Assembly (NCBI GenBank): GCA_963668675.2
Contig: CAXXMB010000001.1
Coordinates: 1,536,001-1,600,000, forward strand
DNA length: 64,000 nt
DNA from: an uncultured Desulfatitalea sp.
GTDB lineage: Bacteria > Desulfobacterota > Desulfobacteria > Desulfobacterales > Desulfosarcinaceae
Direction: 5' to 3'
Part shown: in pieces, positions 38,387 through 48,082 of the stretch
How the letters are laid out: each line of letters begins with the position of its first letter
Numbering within the stretch: position 1 is the first letter of the stretch
Translations under genes and position numbers: made by a program
The notes under the pieces: model-generated
Seen by the model: the letters and a program-made list of their open reading frames with translations, nothing else
Told to the model about the DNA's origin: nothing
Databases searched by the model: none

Positions 38387-38502
38387 CTCGTCCCTCCCAT
38401 GGTCGTTACAAGAATTCTTGTCTTCAAATTTGGGTGCCGTCTTGTGAGGGCTTCCTTTTATGATTCAGTCATCCCCCGCCGGGCTCTTTAATATTCAAAA
38501 TG

Positions 38503-38579
38503 TGGAGCCCACGATCGGAATTGAACCGATGGACCTCTTCCTTACCAAGGAAGCGCTCTACCGACTGAGCTACGTGGGC
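38503..38579 (-). tRNA. tRNA-Thr (GGT)
   Basis: GCCCACG...CTTCC-TT-GGT-AA-GGAAG...GGTTCAATTCC...CGTGGGCTCCA. Confidence 0.95.
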
Positions 38580-38634
38580 TGAATCAATATCGTTCGGATT
38601 TTCTGCTCGAAGGCCGCGTGACGTTCAGAAAGCA

Positions 38635-38710
38635 TGGAGCGGGAGACGAGGCTCGAACTCGCGACATTCAGCTTGGAAGGCTGAAGCTCTACCAACTGAG
38701 CTACTCCCGC
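38635..38710 (-). tRNA. tRNA-Gly (TCC)
   Basis: GCGGGAG...TCAGC-CT-TCC-AA-GCTGA...GTTCGAG...CTCCCGCTCCA. Confidence 0.97.
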
Positions 38711-38866
38711 TCAATTTCACTGCCAATCTGTTCCGAACCTCCCGCATGCATACGATTCATAGCAGATCTGCCTATCGGCTCGATGTGCGTTGCGTATGAC
38801 GGAAGCCATGTAGTCAGAAACGATTCCGAAACCGGACATCTCCTACAAATAGCGCTCGTGCGTGAG

Positions 38867-38951
38867 TGGTGGTGGGGGGAGGATTCGAACCTCCGAAGGC
38901 TTCGCCGACAGATTTACAGTCTGTTCCCTTTGGCCGCTCGGGAACCCCACC
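38867..38951 (-). tRNA. tRNA-Tyr (GTA)
   Basis: GGTGGGG...ACAGA-CT-GTA-AA-TCTGT, long variable arm, 85 nt, CCA end. Confidence 0.97.
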
Positions 38952-38963
38952 GCATTCATATCC

Positions 38964-39039
38964 TGGAGCCAGCGGAGGGATTCGAACCCCCGACCCACTG
39001 ATTACAAATCAGTAGCTCTACCAACTGAGCTACGCTGGC
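38964..39039 (-). tRNA. tRNA-Thr (TGT)
   Basis: GCCAGCG...ACTGA-TT-TGT-AA-TCAGT...GGTTCGAATCC...CGCTGGCTCCA. Confidence 0.97.
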
Positions 39040-39545
39040 GTCGAACATCTAACCAACTATACATATTAAAGATCTTCTCGAAACCAGCTCATTGGTACCG
39101 AGGTAACTAAAATTGCATCTTTTACTCGCATAAACAGGAAAAAACAAATCCAATAATTTGTATATAGAAGATGTTATATCATATTATTTCAATATTTATT
39201 CATATTTTTCGATATAACTCCAATTATCTCTGTTTTTTGATGATTATCAATAACCGAGACCTCTCTCCGCACAACGAGACATGCTGACAATTGCATAAAA
39301 TATCGACCCAAAAATCCTAAACCTGCGGCTCAAGAAATGAAACGGCACGGCCGATAAGTTCTATAACTGTATTTATTTGTCGATAATTACTTGACAAAAG
39401 ACGCAAATTTTATGGTATCGTGCAGCAACGTCAGTGGAAAAAGCACTCATCGGACCGCACGTAAATACAAACAATGACATGCAATTTCAACTGTAAATTG
39501 CTTTGACCTGGCGTCAGATCCAGGCATGAACGGACGGACAACAAC
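39040..39545. promoter_or_regulatory. AT-rich divergent promoter region (tRNA-tuf operon leftward, mltD rightward)
   Basis: Markedly AT-rich non-coding stretch between divergent genes. TTGACA at 39391-39396; its -10 partner is ambiguous. Confidence 0.55.
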
Positions 39546-41474
39546 TTGAAACATAAAACAATTTTCCTTTCGGCATTCGCGGCTATCTTTCTACTCTGCA
39601 GTTGCAGCACCCTGCCCTTCATCGGCGACCGCAATGATTCCAAGCCTTCCGAAGAGACGCCAATTTCCCCACAAAGCGGCGATCTTGATCAACCGGCCAC
39701 CGACAGTAATCTCGAAGCGGGGCGAGATGATACGATGGTTGCCGCCTTGAATGTGGGCGAAAATGCCATTTCCGATGCAGCACACGGCGACCTTATTAAG
39801 ACCGGCACCGAGGTAAACAGCCTCGAAATCGACGAAGCCAACGCGTCCGAGCACGTCGCCGACAGTTGCGGGCCTGATGATACCGATTGCGCCTCGGTCG
39901 AAAAGGAGCTTGCCCCGATTGACAAAGAGTCGCAATCCATTCTCGACGAAGCCCTCGTCTTTTGTGAAGAGAGCCAATCGGCATGGCAGGAGGGTGAGTT
40001 GGACAGCGCCCTTGAGGCGCTGGACAGAGCCTACTCCCTGATTCTTGAAATCGATACCAAACAAAACGCCAAACTGATCCAACAAAAGGAGGACTTGCGT
40101 TTTCTCATCTCCAAACGCATTCTCGAGATCTATGCCTCCCGGAACATTGTTGTAAACGGTAACCATGACGAAATACCCATGGAGATGAACCGGCACATCG
40201 AAAAAGAGCTGAAATCGTTCACGTCAGGGTATGAAAAAAAATATTTCGTCCAGGCATATGAACGCTCGGGCAAATATCGCCCCTATATGGTAAAGGCGCT
40301 CAAAGAAGCCGGCCTTCCCGAAGAGCTCTCCTGGCTACCCCTGATCGAGAGCAACTTCAAGGTCAAAGCCCTCTCCAAGGCGAGGGCTCTTGGACTTTGG
40401 CAGTTCATCCCCTCCACCGGTTATAAATTCGGCCTCAAGCGCACCCGCTATATCGATGAACGGATCGATTTCATCAAATCCACAGACGCGGCCGTTGCCT
40501 ACCTGAAAGTGCTCCACAACATCTTTGGGGACTGGGCCACGGTACTTGCGGCCTATAACTGCGGGGAGGGCCGCGTCCTGAAAGTGATTCGAACCCAGAA
40601 TGTGAACTACCTGGACAATTTCTGGGATCTTTACCAACGGCTGCCCCTCGAAACCGCCCGCTATGTGCCGCGCTTCTTTGCAACGCTGCACATCGTTAAA
40701 AATGCGGAGAAATACGGTCTCGACCAGGCAATCGTCGATGAGCCGCTTGTCTATGACGAAGTGGAGATCAACCGGCAAGTGCACCTGAAAAACGTGAGCA
40801 AGGCTATCGGCACAGACCTGAATGAACTCCAGGCCCTCAACCCGGAGCTGCGCTACTCCATCCTGCCGCCGGAACCCTACACCCTGCGCGTTCCCAAGGG
40901 CCATGCAGATACCCTGTTGGCAACACTCGAAACGGTTCCCACCACCACACTGCCGCAGCGAGCCTATGTGTGGCACCGTGTCCGCACCGGAGAGACTCTC
41001 GGCACCATCTCGAGACGCTACCGGACCAGCGTGGGACGTATCATGCGGGCCAACAACCTGCGCAGTTCCCACTTCATCAGGGCCGGAAAACGGCTCAAGA
41101 TTCCTGTGCGCGGAACTGTCGTAGCTGCCTCACCCCCGCCGCCGAACACTAACTTTTCGGGCGTTCATCGGGTGACAAAGGGCGACTCCCTGTGGATCAT
41201 CGCCAAGCGGTACCGCACCACCGTCAAGAAGATTGTGGCGCTGAACAACTTGCCCTCCAGCAACCTGCATATCGGCCAACGGCTGCAGATACCCGGCTAC
41301 AAACCAGAGCCTCTGCCAGATGCCAACCAGTTGACCACCTATTATGTAAAAAGAGGGGACAGCCCGTTCACCATCGCCCAAAAACACAACATGCCGCTCG
41401 AGCGATTCCTGCGAATCAACCGCTTGACATCACGCAGTAAGATCTTTCCCGGGCAGAAGCTCTACATCGAGTAA
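39546..41474 (+). CDS. mltD: Membrane-bound lytic murein transglycosylase D-like lipoprotein (SLT plus LysM repeats)
   Basis: Lipobox LLCSC, LPLIES, ALGLWQFIPSTG, LAAYNCGEG, ETARYVP, three C-terminal LysM repeats (HRVRTGETL, HRVTKGDSL, YYVKRGDS). Confidence 0.88.
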   Translation: MKHKTIFLSAFAAIFLLCSCSTLPFIGDRNDSKPSEETPISPQSGDLDQPATDSNLEAGRDDTMVAALNVGENAISDAAHGDLIKTGTEVNSLEIDEANASEHVADSCGPDDTDCASVEKELAPIDKESQSILDEALVFCEESQSAWQEGELDSALEALDRAYSLILEIDTKQNAKLIQQKEDLRFLISKRILEIYASRNIVVNGNHDEIPMEMNRHIEKELKSFTSGYEKKYFVQAYERSGKYRPYMVKALKEAGLPEELSWLPLIESNFKVKALSKARALGLWQFIPSTGYKFGLKRTRYIDERIDFIKSTDAAVAYLKVLHNIFGDWATVLAAYNCGEGRVLKVIRTQNVNYLDNFWDLYQRLPLETARYVPRFFATLHIVKNAEKYGLDQAIVDEPLVYDEVEINRQVHLKNVSKAIGTDLNELQALNPELRYSILPPEPYTLRVPKGHADTLLATLETVPTTTLPQRAYVWHRVRTGETLGTISRRYRTSVGRIMRANNLRSSHFIRAGKRLKIPVRGTVVAASPPPPNTNFSGVHRVTKGDSLWIIAKRYRTTVKKIVALNNLPSSNLHIGQRLQIPGYKPEPLPDANQLTTYYVKRGDSPFTIAQKHNMPLERFLRINRLTSRSKIFPGQKLYIE

Positions 41475-41623
41475 ACCGGAACAGCCTGCCTCCTGAAATG
41501 GCGCCCTATATTCGAGGAGCGATCCCTCTTCGCCGATTATGCAGCGGAAATGTAGTTTGGAGGGCACTCTGCCTATTTTAAAATGCCGATCATTGTGATA
41601 TTTCGCTGACAAAACCAAAACAT

Positions 41624-41699
41624 GCCTCCGTAGCTCAGGGGATAGAGCAGCAGATTCCTAATCTGTTGGCCGCAGGTTCGATTCCTGCCGGGGGCACCA
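41624..41699 (+). tRNA. tRNA-Arg (CCT)
   Basis: GCCTCCG...GCAGA-TT-CCT-AA-TCTGT...GGTTCGATTCC...CGGGGGCACCA, 76 nt. Confidence 0.95.
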
Positions 41700-41703
41700 A
41701 ACG

Positions 41704-41738
41704 AAAAAAAAGGCCTGTCTCCTTGGCCGACAGGCCTT
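41704..41738. terminator. Terminator hairpin between convergent tRNA-Arg and the Ntn-fold gene
   Basis: aaggcctgtc (41710-41719) / gacaggcctt (41729-41738); the upstream A-run gives a U-tail on the minus strand. Confidence 0.75.
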
Positions 41739-41843
41739 CAACACTTTCATCATCACCGATCACCAGCCACTTTCATCTTCCCAACGACCGATTACCGGTG
41801 ATAAGCCCCGTTGTCACGAATCATTGAAATGAGCGACGCTGAA

Positions 41844-42467
41844 CTAAATATGCTTGAAACCATCCTTTGAGATGTATGCATAAGAGAGCGGTTCGGACAC
41901 CTCTTCATCGATCTTGGCCAGGCGTTCCATCTCCTGGCGGACGACGGTAATCACACTGTCCAGTTCGCCTCTCTGCTGAACGATCTGATGTAGGCGATGC
42001 TCCAACTTGATGATGCGCGGCACACTGAAGCTGGTACCGATTTCGTCGCTATCCAGTAAAGGCAGTTTTCGTTTGGTCCACAGCAGGTAGATGTGAAACG
42101 GTTTTTCGGGATCGTTGGCAGTATAGCCACCCAGGATGAACGTCACCTGGTGGATCGGGTCGATCGGCTGGATCTCACAGGTTTTGCGCATAAAACGCTC
42201 ATATTCGGTGGCAAGGAATGGCAGTGCCGCCTGGTAGATATCGTCGACATAGGTGAGGTTCTCATCATCTATGAAGCGCTTCAACGACTCGCACATCGAT
42301 TCGCCCGCGGCTGCACCACCATTCAGGATGGCGGCATGGTCGGAAAGCGGGTGCAAACGATCCACCTTGAGCTCTATCAAGTTTCCGTTGGCGTCCACAT
42401 CAACCGCTTTACCGTCTGCACCGAAGACAATACCATCTTGGGATTTACAGGCAATCAATTGAGACAT
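41844..42467 (-). CDS. Proteasome beta-subunit-like / Ntn-hydrolase-fold protein of unknown function
   Basis: SQLIACKSQDGIVFGADGK (Asp17 after Met removal), DRLHPLSDHAAILNGG, FILGGY, C-terminal DEEVSEPLSYAYISKDGF. Order and spacing follow proteasome beta subunits. GAGGA SD. Confidence 0.7.
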   Translation of the reverse strand: MSQLIACKSQDGIVFGADGKAVDVDANGNLIELKVDRLHPLSDHAAILNGGAAAGESMCESLKRFIDDENLTYVDDIYQAALPFLATEYERFMRKTCEIQPIDPIHQVTFILGGYTANDPEKPFHIYLLWTKRKLPLLDSDEIGTSFSVPRIIKLEHRLHQIVQQRGELDSVITVVRQEMERLAKIDEEVSEPLSYAYISKDGFKHI

Positions 42468-42699
42468 CTCTCTTTTCCTCTCTTCTCAAATTGGTTACGG
42501 CTTAATGCTCTTGTATTACGTTCTGCTCTGCCTGATTTCCCTGCCATATCAGCACGGTGACATGCCTTCGTGAAATTGCATGCAGGCAGATTTGGTTCAA
42601 ACATTTATAATGTAAATCAGAGCGGGCCAATTACCAGAGCAAAGCAGGATTTTTTATGCCCGGTTTGCGTGCTGTGCAAAGAGAGGTAATTTACCATGC

Positions 42700-44061
42700 C
42701 TATTGGGTATCGTCCCGCTGGCCGGCCAACTGCTGACGCCAGTGATCGAGACGCTGCTTGATCAGCTTTTCATAGCCGCGCTCCCGAGGAAGGTAGTAGT
42801 GGTTTCCCTGGAGCTGTTCAGGCAGATAGCGCTGGGGAACGAAGGCCTCATCGTAGTCGTGAGCGTATTTGTAGTCTCGGCCATAACCCAACGATTTCAT
42901 TAACTGGGTGGGGGCATTGCGAATATGCAGGGGCACCGGCAGTGTACCTGTTTTCCCGATCACTGCTTGCACACGGCCGTAGGCTTTGTAGATACTGTTG
43001 CTCTTGGCCGCGGTGGCCAAATAGACCGCCGCCTGGGCCAGAGCCAGTTCGCCTTCGGGAGGACCGATGAAACGAAATGCCTCAACGGCCGCCATGGTCA
43101 ATCGCAAGGCGTAGGGGTCGGCATTGCCGATATCTTCGGACGCAAAACGAACCATGCGCCTGGCCACATAGAGCGGGTCCTCGCCCGCAGTCAACATGCG
43201 TGCCAGCCAATAGAGAGCGGCATCCGGGTCGCTGCCGCGGAGGCTTTTGTGGAATGCCGAGATCAGGTTATAATGCTCCTCGCCGGCTTTGTCGTATTGA
43301 AGCGCCTTTTGCTGCACGGCTTGCTCGACATCACCCATCTCGATGGACCTGGGTGACTGGTCCAGGGGCGGCCCTTTGCGCGCCAGCGTCAAGAAGGCGG
43401 CCATCTCAAGATTGTTCAATGCTGCCCGGGCATCTCCGTCGGAGAGTCGGATCAAATGACCTGCCGACTCAGGATCTATCACGAGCCGGTGGCGCCCCAA
43501 TCCACTCTCCACATCCGTCAGTGCCCGGTCCAAAATGGCGAGCAGATCCTTCTCGGTCAATGGTTTGAGGATCATCACGCGGCAACGGGAGAGCAGTGGC
43601 GCAATCACTTCAAACGAGGGGTTCTCGGTGGTCGCCCCGATGAGGGTCAAGAGGCCGCTTTCGACATGGTGGAGGAAGGCATCCTGCTGGGACTTGTTGA
43701 AGCGGTGAATTTCATCCACGAACAGGACGGTACGCATGTCATGCAAACGCTCCTGTTCGCGCGCCTCTTCTATCACCGCGCGGATCTCTTTGACCCCTGA
43801 CAGCACTGCCGAAAAATGGAGGAAATGGGAGCCGGACGTCTGGGCGATGATGCGGGCCAGGGTGGTCTTGCCCGAACCGGGCGGCCCCCACAGGATCATT
43901 GAAAAAATGCGGTCGTTTCGTATCGCTTCGGCCAATAGCGTGCCCGGCCCGACAATCTCCGTATGACCGATGAAATCATCCAGCATGCCAGGCCGCATGC
44001 GCTCTGCCAAAGGCCTGGACTCCGTCTTTTGATTTTTGTCTGCTGTATCGAAGATATCCAT
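42700..44061 (-). CDS. rarA: Replication-associated recombination protein A (RarA/MgsA AAA+ ATPase)
   Basis: PLAERMRP, LWGPPGSGKTTLA, FVDEIHRFNKSQQD, GATTENPSF, ISAFHKSLRGSDPDAA, VPLHIRNAPT. ATG 44061 chosen. Confidence 0.95.
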   Translation of the reverse strand: MDIFDTADKNQKTESRPLAERMRPGMLDDFIGHTEIVGPGTLLAEAIRNDRIFSMILWGPPGSGKTTLARIIAQTSGSHFLHFSAVLSGVKEIRAVIEEAREQERLHDMRTVLFVDEIHRFNKSQQDAFLHHVESGLLTLIGATTENPSFEVIAPLLSRCRVMILKPLTEKDLLAILDRALTDVESGLGRHRLVIDPESAGHLIRLSDGDARAALNNLEMAAFLTLARKGPPLDQSPRSIEMGDVEQAVQQKALQYDKAGEEHYNLISAFHKSLRGSDPDAALYWLARMLTAGEDPLYVARRMVRFASEDIGNADPYALRLTMAAVEAFRFIGPPEGELALAQAAVYLATAAKSNSIYKAYGRVQAVIGKTGTLPVPLHIRNAPTQLMKSLGYGRDYKYAHDYDEAFVPQRYLPEQLQGNHYYLPRERGYEKLIKQRLDHWRQQLAGQRDDTQ

Positions 44062-44315
44062 ATATCTGTTGCCCAAAGGGTAAAAAAGCCAGTCCGTTTC
44101 TCTTGAATTGCCCAAACCGGAAAAAAAAGACAAGGGAAATAAAATTCCTGCCGCACTCGTCCATTGTGCTCATTTCCATTTACATCGCAGTTATAAGCAT
44201 TAGATTTCTTGCAATTCGAGGGCTGCTTTGGAACAGTGAATCCTCTTACCAACTGAAAAAGCCTAAATTCCGGTAAGCAGCCGGGTTGCTTTCACCCCAT
44301 CAACTGAGAGGTTTT

Positions 44316-46334
44316 ATGTCAAAGTCAATTAAATGGACGCTGATTGCCTTCGTCGGTTTGGCGGTTGTCATCCTCGTGGCCGTCATCCTGGCCCCCATGT
44401 TAATCAACTTTGAGAAGTACAAACCGGCCATTGAAGCGAAAGCATCCCAAGTTATCGGCAGACCGGTGGTCCTGGAGGGCCAGATCGCCCCTTCCGTCTT
44501 TCCCTGGATCGGCCTTGCCCTCTCCGATGCAAGGATCGAGAATCCGGCCGGTTTCAGTGAAAAGGTCTTTGTCGATATCGGCCTGTTCGAAGTTCGCATC
44601 AAACTTCTGCCATTGATCTTCGGCAATTATGAAATCAAGCGATTTGTCGTTAAAAGCCCCCATATTGTCCTGGAGAAGACCATCTCCGGTAAAAGCAACC
44701 TGGAGGGGCTGGGCGGCGCATCGACACCTCCAAAGAGTGCACCCCTTAAACTGCCACCGGCTCAAGACGCCTCCGGGAAAGGAGCGGGAGAGCTTCCGAT
44801 CAAAGCCCTGAGAGCAGATGAGTTCACCATCACCGACGGCCGCCTGCTCATCCTGGACCATAAGGCTGGAACACGACATGAAATAAAGGATATGAGCCTG
44901 GTCCTCAACGACCTCTCGTTCGACCGGCCGATCGGGCTGGATCTCAAAGCGGTTGCGGATGGCCACCCGATCCAACTGAGAGGAACGGCCGGACCGCTTG
45001 GTTCGGAGATCGGACAGCAAGCGATTCAACTCGACCTCATTGCGACGCTGATCGACAAGATCAATGTAAAGATAAAGGGAGAGGTCGATAACATTTTGAA
45101 AACACCGCGTTTTCGACTTGACATTCAGATCCCCTCCTTCTCCCTGCGTGAAGCACTGGCCGAGGCCGATATCGCAATGCCCTTTGCGCCTGCCGACGAG
45201 AAGGTATTGAACCATATCGCTTTAAGCATGAAACTTGCCGGGCAGCCGGATGCCGTGTCGATCTCGGATGGCACGCTCACCCTGGATGACTCAAAAATAG
45301 TCTTCAAGGCCCGGGGGCACACCTGGGAAAAACCGGATCTGCAACTCTCGGCCGAGTTGGATAGTATCGATCTGGACCGCTATCTGCCGCCTGCCGCGGA
45401 CAAAAAGGATTCAGGTGACACAGGCACCACCGCACCCGCAAAAAAGAGCTCCGAAACCGATTACGCCCCCTTGCGCAAACTGGTGTTGGATGCCGAGATA
45501 AAAGCGGGCCGGATAAAGGCCAAAAACCTGAACATGCAGAACATCACCGTCAAAGCCACGGCACGCAATGGCATCATCCGCCTCGAACCGATGGGGATGG
45601 ATCTGTACAAAGGTCATCTGAGCGCAAAGAGCACCGTCAATGTGCAAGCCAACAAACCAGTGAGCAACGTCGATCTAACCCTCAACGGCGTCCAGTCGGC
45701 CCCTCTGATCAAAGATTTACTTGATAAAGAGATGATCGAGGGCGCGATGACCGCTGTCCTCAACCTGGGATTCAGCGGCGACAGCGCAGACGCGATCCGA
45801 AAAACCTTAAGCGGCAACGGCAGGCTCCAATTTGCCGACGGCGCCATCGTCGGCATCGACCTGGCCGGTATGGTGCGTAACGTCCAGTCGGCCTTCGGCT
45901 TGGCCGAAAAAGTCTCGGAAAAACCACGAACCGATTTCAGCGAGTTGGATGTGCCATTTTCAGCCGCCAATGGCGTGACACGGCTGGAGATGGCGAAACT
46001 CGTATCCCCCCTGCTCCGCATCACCGCAGATGGAACTGCCGATCTGGCTGAGGAGACATTGAATCTCCGCGTCGATCCCAAATTCGTGGCCACTTTGAAG
46101 GGCCAGGGAGACACCAAGGAGCGTTCCGGCGTGATGGTGCCGATTGTCGTGGGAGGAACATTCGAAAAACCCAAGTTCAAACCCGACCTGAAAGCCCTGC
46201 TGAATCAACCGCTCCCAGACAAAAAGGCACTCAAAGAGGCCCTCCCGCCCAAAGAAGAAGTGAAGCAGGAGTTGGAGCAAACGGCCAGGGATCTGCTCAA
46301 GGGGCTGACCACCAAAGAGCGGGACAAGGAATAA
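44316..46334 (+). CDS. AsmA family protein
   Basis: N-terminal TM, INFEKYKPAIE...GRPVVLEG...SVFPWIG, DSIDLDRYLP, GAIVGIDL, RTDFSEL, SPLLRITADG. Confidence 0.88.
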   Translation: MSKSIKWTLIAFVGLAVVILVAVILAPMLINFEKYKPAIEAKASQVIGRPVVLEGQIAPSVFPWIGLALSDARIENPAGFSEKVFVDIGLFEVRIKLLPLIFGNYEIKRFVVKSPHIVLEKTISGKSNLEGLGGASTPPKSAPLKLPPAQDASGKGAGELPIKALRADEFTITDGRLLILDHKAGTRHEIKDMSLVLNDLSFDRPIGLDLKAVADGHPIQLRGTAGPLGSEIGQQAIQLDLIATLIDKINVKIKGEVDNILKTPRFRLDIQIPSFSLREALAEADIAMPFAPADEKVLNHIALSMKLAGQPDAVSISDGTLTLDDSKIVFKARGHTWEKPDLQLSAELDSIDLDRYLPPAADKKDSGDTGTTAPAKKSSETDYAPLRKLVLDAEIKAGRIKAKNLNMQNITVKATARNGIIRLEPMGMDLYKGHLSAKSTVNVQANKPVSNVDLTLNGVQSAPLIKDLLDKEMIEGAMTAVLNLGFSGDSADAIRKTLSGNGRLQFADGAIVGIDLAGMVRNVQSAFGLAEKVSEKPRTDFSELDVPFSAANGVTRLEMAKLVSPLLRITADGTADLAEETLNLRVDPKFVATLKGQGDTKERSGVMVPIVVGGTFEKPKFKPDLKALLNQPLPDKKALKEALPPKEEVKQELEQTARDLLKGLTTKERDKE

Positions 46335-46340
46335 AGGCTT

Positions 46341-46865
46341 ATGCAGAAGGACTTCAACTTAAAGCGTCTCGCCACCCTGTGCGGGTTGGCATTGGCGTTG
46401 TTGGTTTCCGGATGCGCAACCATGGGGAGCGAATTTGAACAACCCCATATCAATCTGGTCGCCATCCGGCTGATGGAAATCAAAGGATTCGAATCGATCT
46501 TCCAGGTCGATTTAAGGGTGTCGAACCCCAACGCCCGCGCCCTTCCGATTCAAGGCGTAGAGTGCGATCTGGCGCTCAACGGCCACCACCTGGCCAAAGG
46601 GGTCGCCAACCCGGAAAAGGAGATTCCGGCTTACGGCAGCGAGATCGTCGCGGTCAATGTATATGCATCGGTGTTGGACATGGCAGGCGTCGCCGGGCGT
46701 CTCCTCCAAAACCTCCAGGACGACACCTCCGATGAAAAGTGGAGCTATACCGCCAAAGGCCAGATCAGGTTGAGCAGCATAGTGTGGCCTGGTAAAATTC
46801 CCTTTGACGCCAAAGGAGAGATCGATCTTAATGAATTGTTATCAAAGCAATTGCGGTCAAGATAA
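46341..46865 (+). CDS. LEA type 2 / WHy-domain lipoprotein
   Basis: Lipobox VSGC; LRVSNPNARALPIQG...LALNG...LAKG...IPAYG motif. Confidence 0.8.
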   Translation: MQKDFNLKRLATLCGLALALLVSGCATMGSEFEQPHINLVAIRLMEIKGFESIFQVDLRVSNPNARALPIQGVECDLALNGHHLAKGVANPEKEIPAYGSEIVAVNVYASVLDMAGVAGRLLQNLQDDTSDEKWSYTAKGQIRLSSIVWPGKIPFDAKGEIDLNELLSKQLRSR

Positions 46866-46897
46866 TCCAGCATCGACAGAACACCTTCACTTTCAAC

Positions 46898-47047
46898 TGA
46901 TTGAACCGGCAATTAAACAGGCAAACCTTCATCATCCCGGATGTGATCCGGAATCCAGTCATCACCTGGATAGCGCCAAAGATTCACTGCGTGCCCGGCT
47001 TTCGCCGGAATGACGTCTGTTGATATTTTTAGTTGCCAGGTTAATAA
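46898..47047. repeat. Small non-coding element with imperfect terminal inverted repeats and REP-like internal palindromes
   Basis: Left tgattgaaccggcaattaaac versus reverse complement of right end ttattaacctggcaactaaaa (15/21 match). Internal hairpins ccggatgtgatccgg and ccggctttcgccgg. Confidence 0.55.
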
Positions 47048-47076
47048 CTTCAGGGTTTGTATAATTTACATAAGAA

Positions 47077-47258
47077 GGCGAGGTCCAGTGGGTGGGCTGC
47101 ACCTGTTCAGCATTGCATGTTAGTGCCGCTTAGGTGCGGCGGAGGATCAGCGGCCCGGACTGTTTGAGCGCAAGCGAGTTTCCGGGACGCCCGGAGCCGC
47201 ACCCTAGCGGCACTTGCATGCGTTTGCGTCAGGTGCAGACCACCCACTGGACCTCGCC
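47077..47258. repeat. 182-bp long inverted repeat (extended hairpin)
   Basis: 29-nt outer arms ggcgaggtccagtgggtgg(g/t)ctgcacctg with 1 mismatch; inner arms gcatg..agtgccgct..ggtgcggc; core cccgga...tccggg. Confidence 0.85.
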
Positions 47259-47331
47259 GGATCATCACCTCGACGGTTGAATTTCACCCCGCCTACCCGC
47301 ACAGCTGCACCTTCACTGTACCCCGTAACCG

Positions 47332-48000
47332 CTACCTATGCTTCACCACCCCGACCCGCGCGCACATCTGCGCCACCGGGCAGCGGCTGCAAAAGGGGGA
47401 GATGGGCCGGCAAAGCACCTGGCCAAAAGCCACCAGCAACTCATTGTAGCGGATCCAGTGTTTGCGCGGCAGTTTGTCGCGCAACGCCATTTCGGTCTGC
47501 TCGGGCGTCCGGGTCTCGACATAGCCGATGCGGTTGCTGATGCGATGCACGTGGGTGTCCACGCAAATGGCGTCCTGTTTGTAGCCCTCTACCAGCACCA
47601 GATTGGCGGTCTTGCGTCCCACCCCGGGCAGGGCCAGCAGCCCCTCCATCGTATCAGGCACCTGCCCCGCGTGCTGGTCGAGAATGATGCGACTGATCTC
47701 CATCAGCCGCTTGGACTTGGTCGGATAGAAGCCGACCGGATAGATCAGTTTGGCCACCCGCCGCTCCCCCAGGGCCAACATCTGTTCAGGTGTGCGCGCC
47801 TGGGCAAAGAGTCGGGCCGCCGCTTCCGACGTCACCTCATCCTTGGTGCGCAAGGACAAGAGGGTCGATACAAGCACCTCGAAAGGGGTCGCGCCCCGAT
47901 TGGCCAGGAAGGTGATAATCGGTGCCTGCCACTGGGCGTATGCGGCGGTAAGCTGCTCCACAAATCGGTCGATATTAAACTTTTTCGATGCCTTGGCCAT
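47332..48000 (-). CDS. nth: Endonuclease III (HhH-GPD glycosylase/AP lyase with 4Fe-4S cluster)
   Basis: LLALPGVGRKTANLV (HhH), VDTHVHRISNR, CRPISPFCSRCPVAQMC. Confidence 0.93.
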   Translation of the reverse strand: MAKASKKFNIDRFVEQLTAAYAQWQAPIITFLANRGATPFEVLVSTLLSLRTKDEVTSEAAARLFAQARTPEQMLALGERRVAKLIYPVGFYPTKSKRLMEISRIILDQHAGQVPDTMEGLLALPGVGRKTANLVLVEGYKQDAICVDTHVHRISNRIGYVETRTPEQTEMALRDKLPRKHWIRYNELLVAFGQVLCRPISPFCSRCPVAQMCARVGVVKHR

Positions 48001-48082
48001 ATCTCTCCCCATGGATTCAAAATCGGTCCGGAATCATAGCCCACTGCCGAAAGCGTGTAAAGCGGCACCTGACGGTGAAGGA

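Noticed and set aside
42603..42617. atttataatgtaaat imperfect palindrome upstream of the Ntn-fold gene as a second LexA box
   Set aside because: It shares only a TGTAAA half-site with the lexA upstream motif and has a different geometry. Too weak in an AT-rich spacer without comparative data.
41624..44151. Genomic island integrated at tRNA-Arg
   Set aside because: No integrase. Only a 10-bp match (attcctgccg near 44144) to the tRNA 3' part, compatible with chance.
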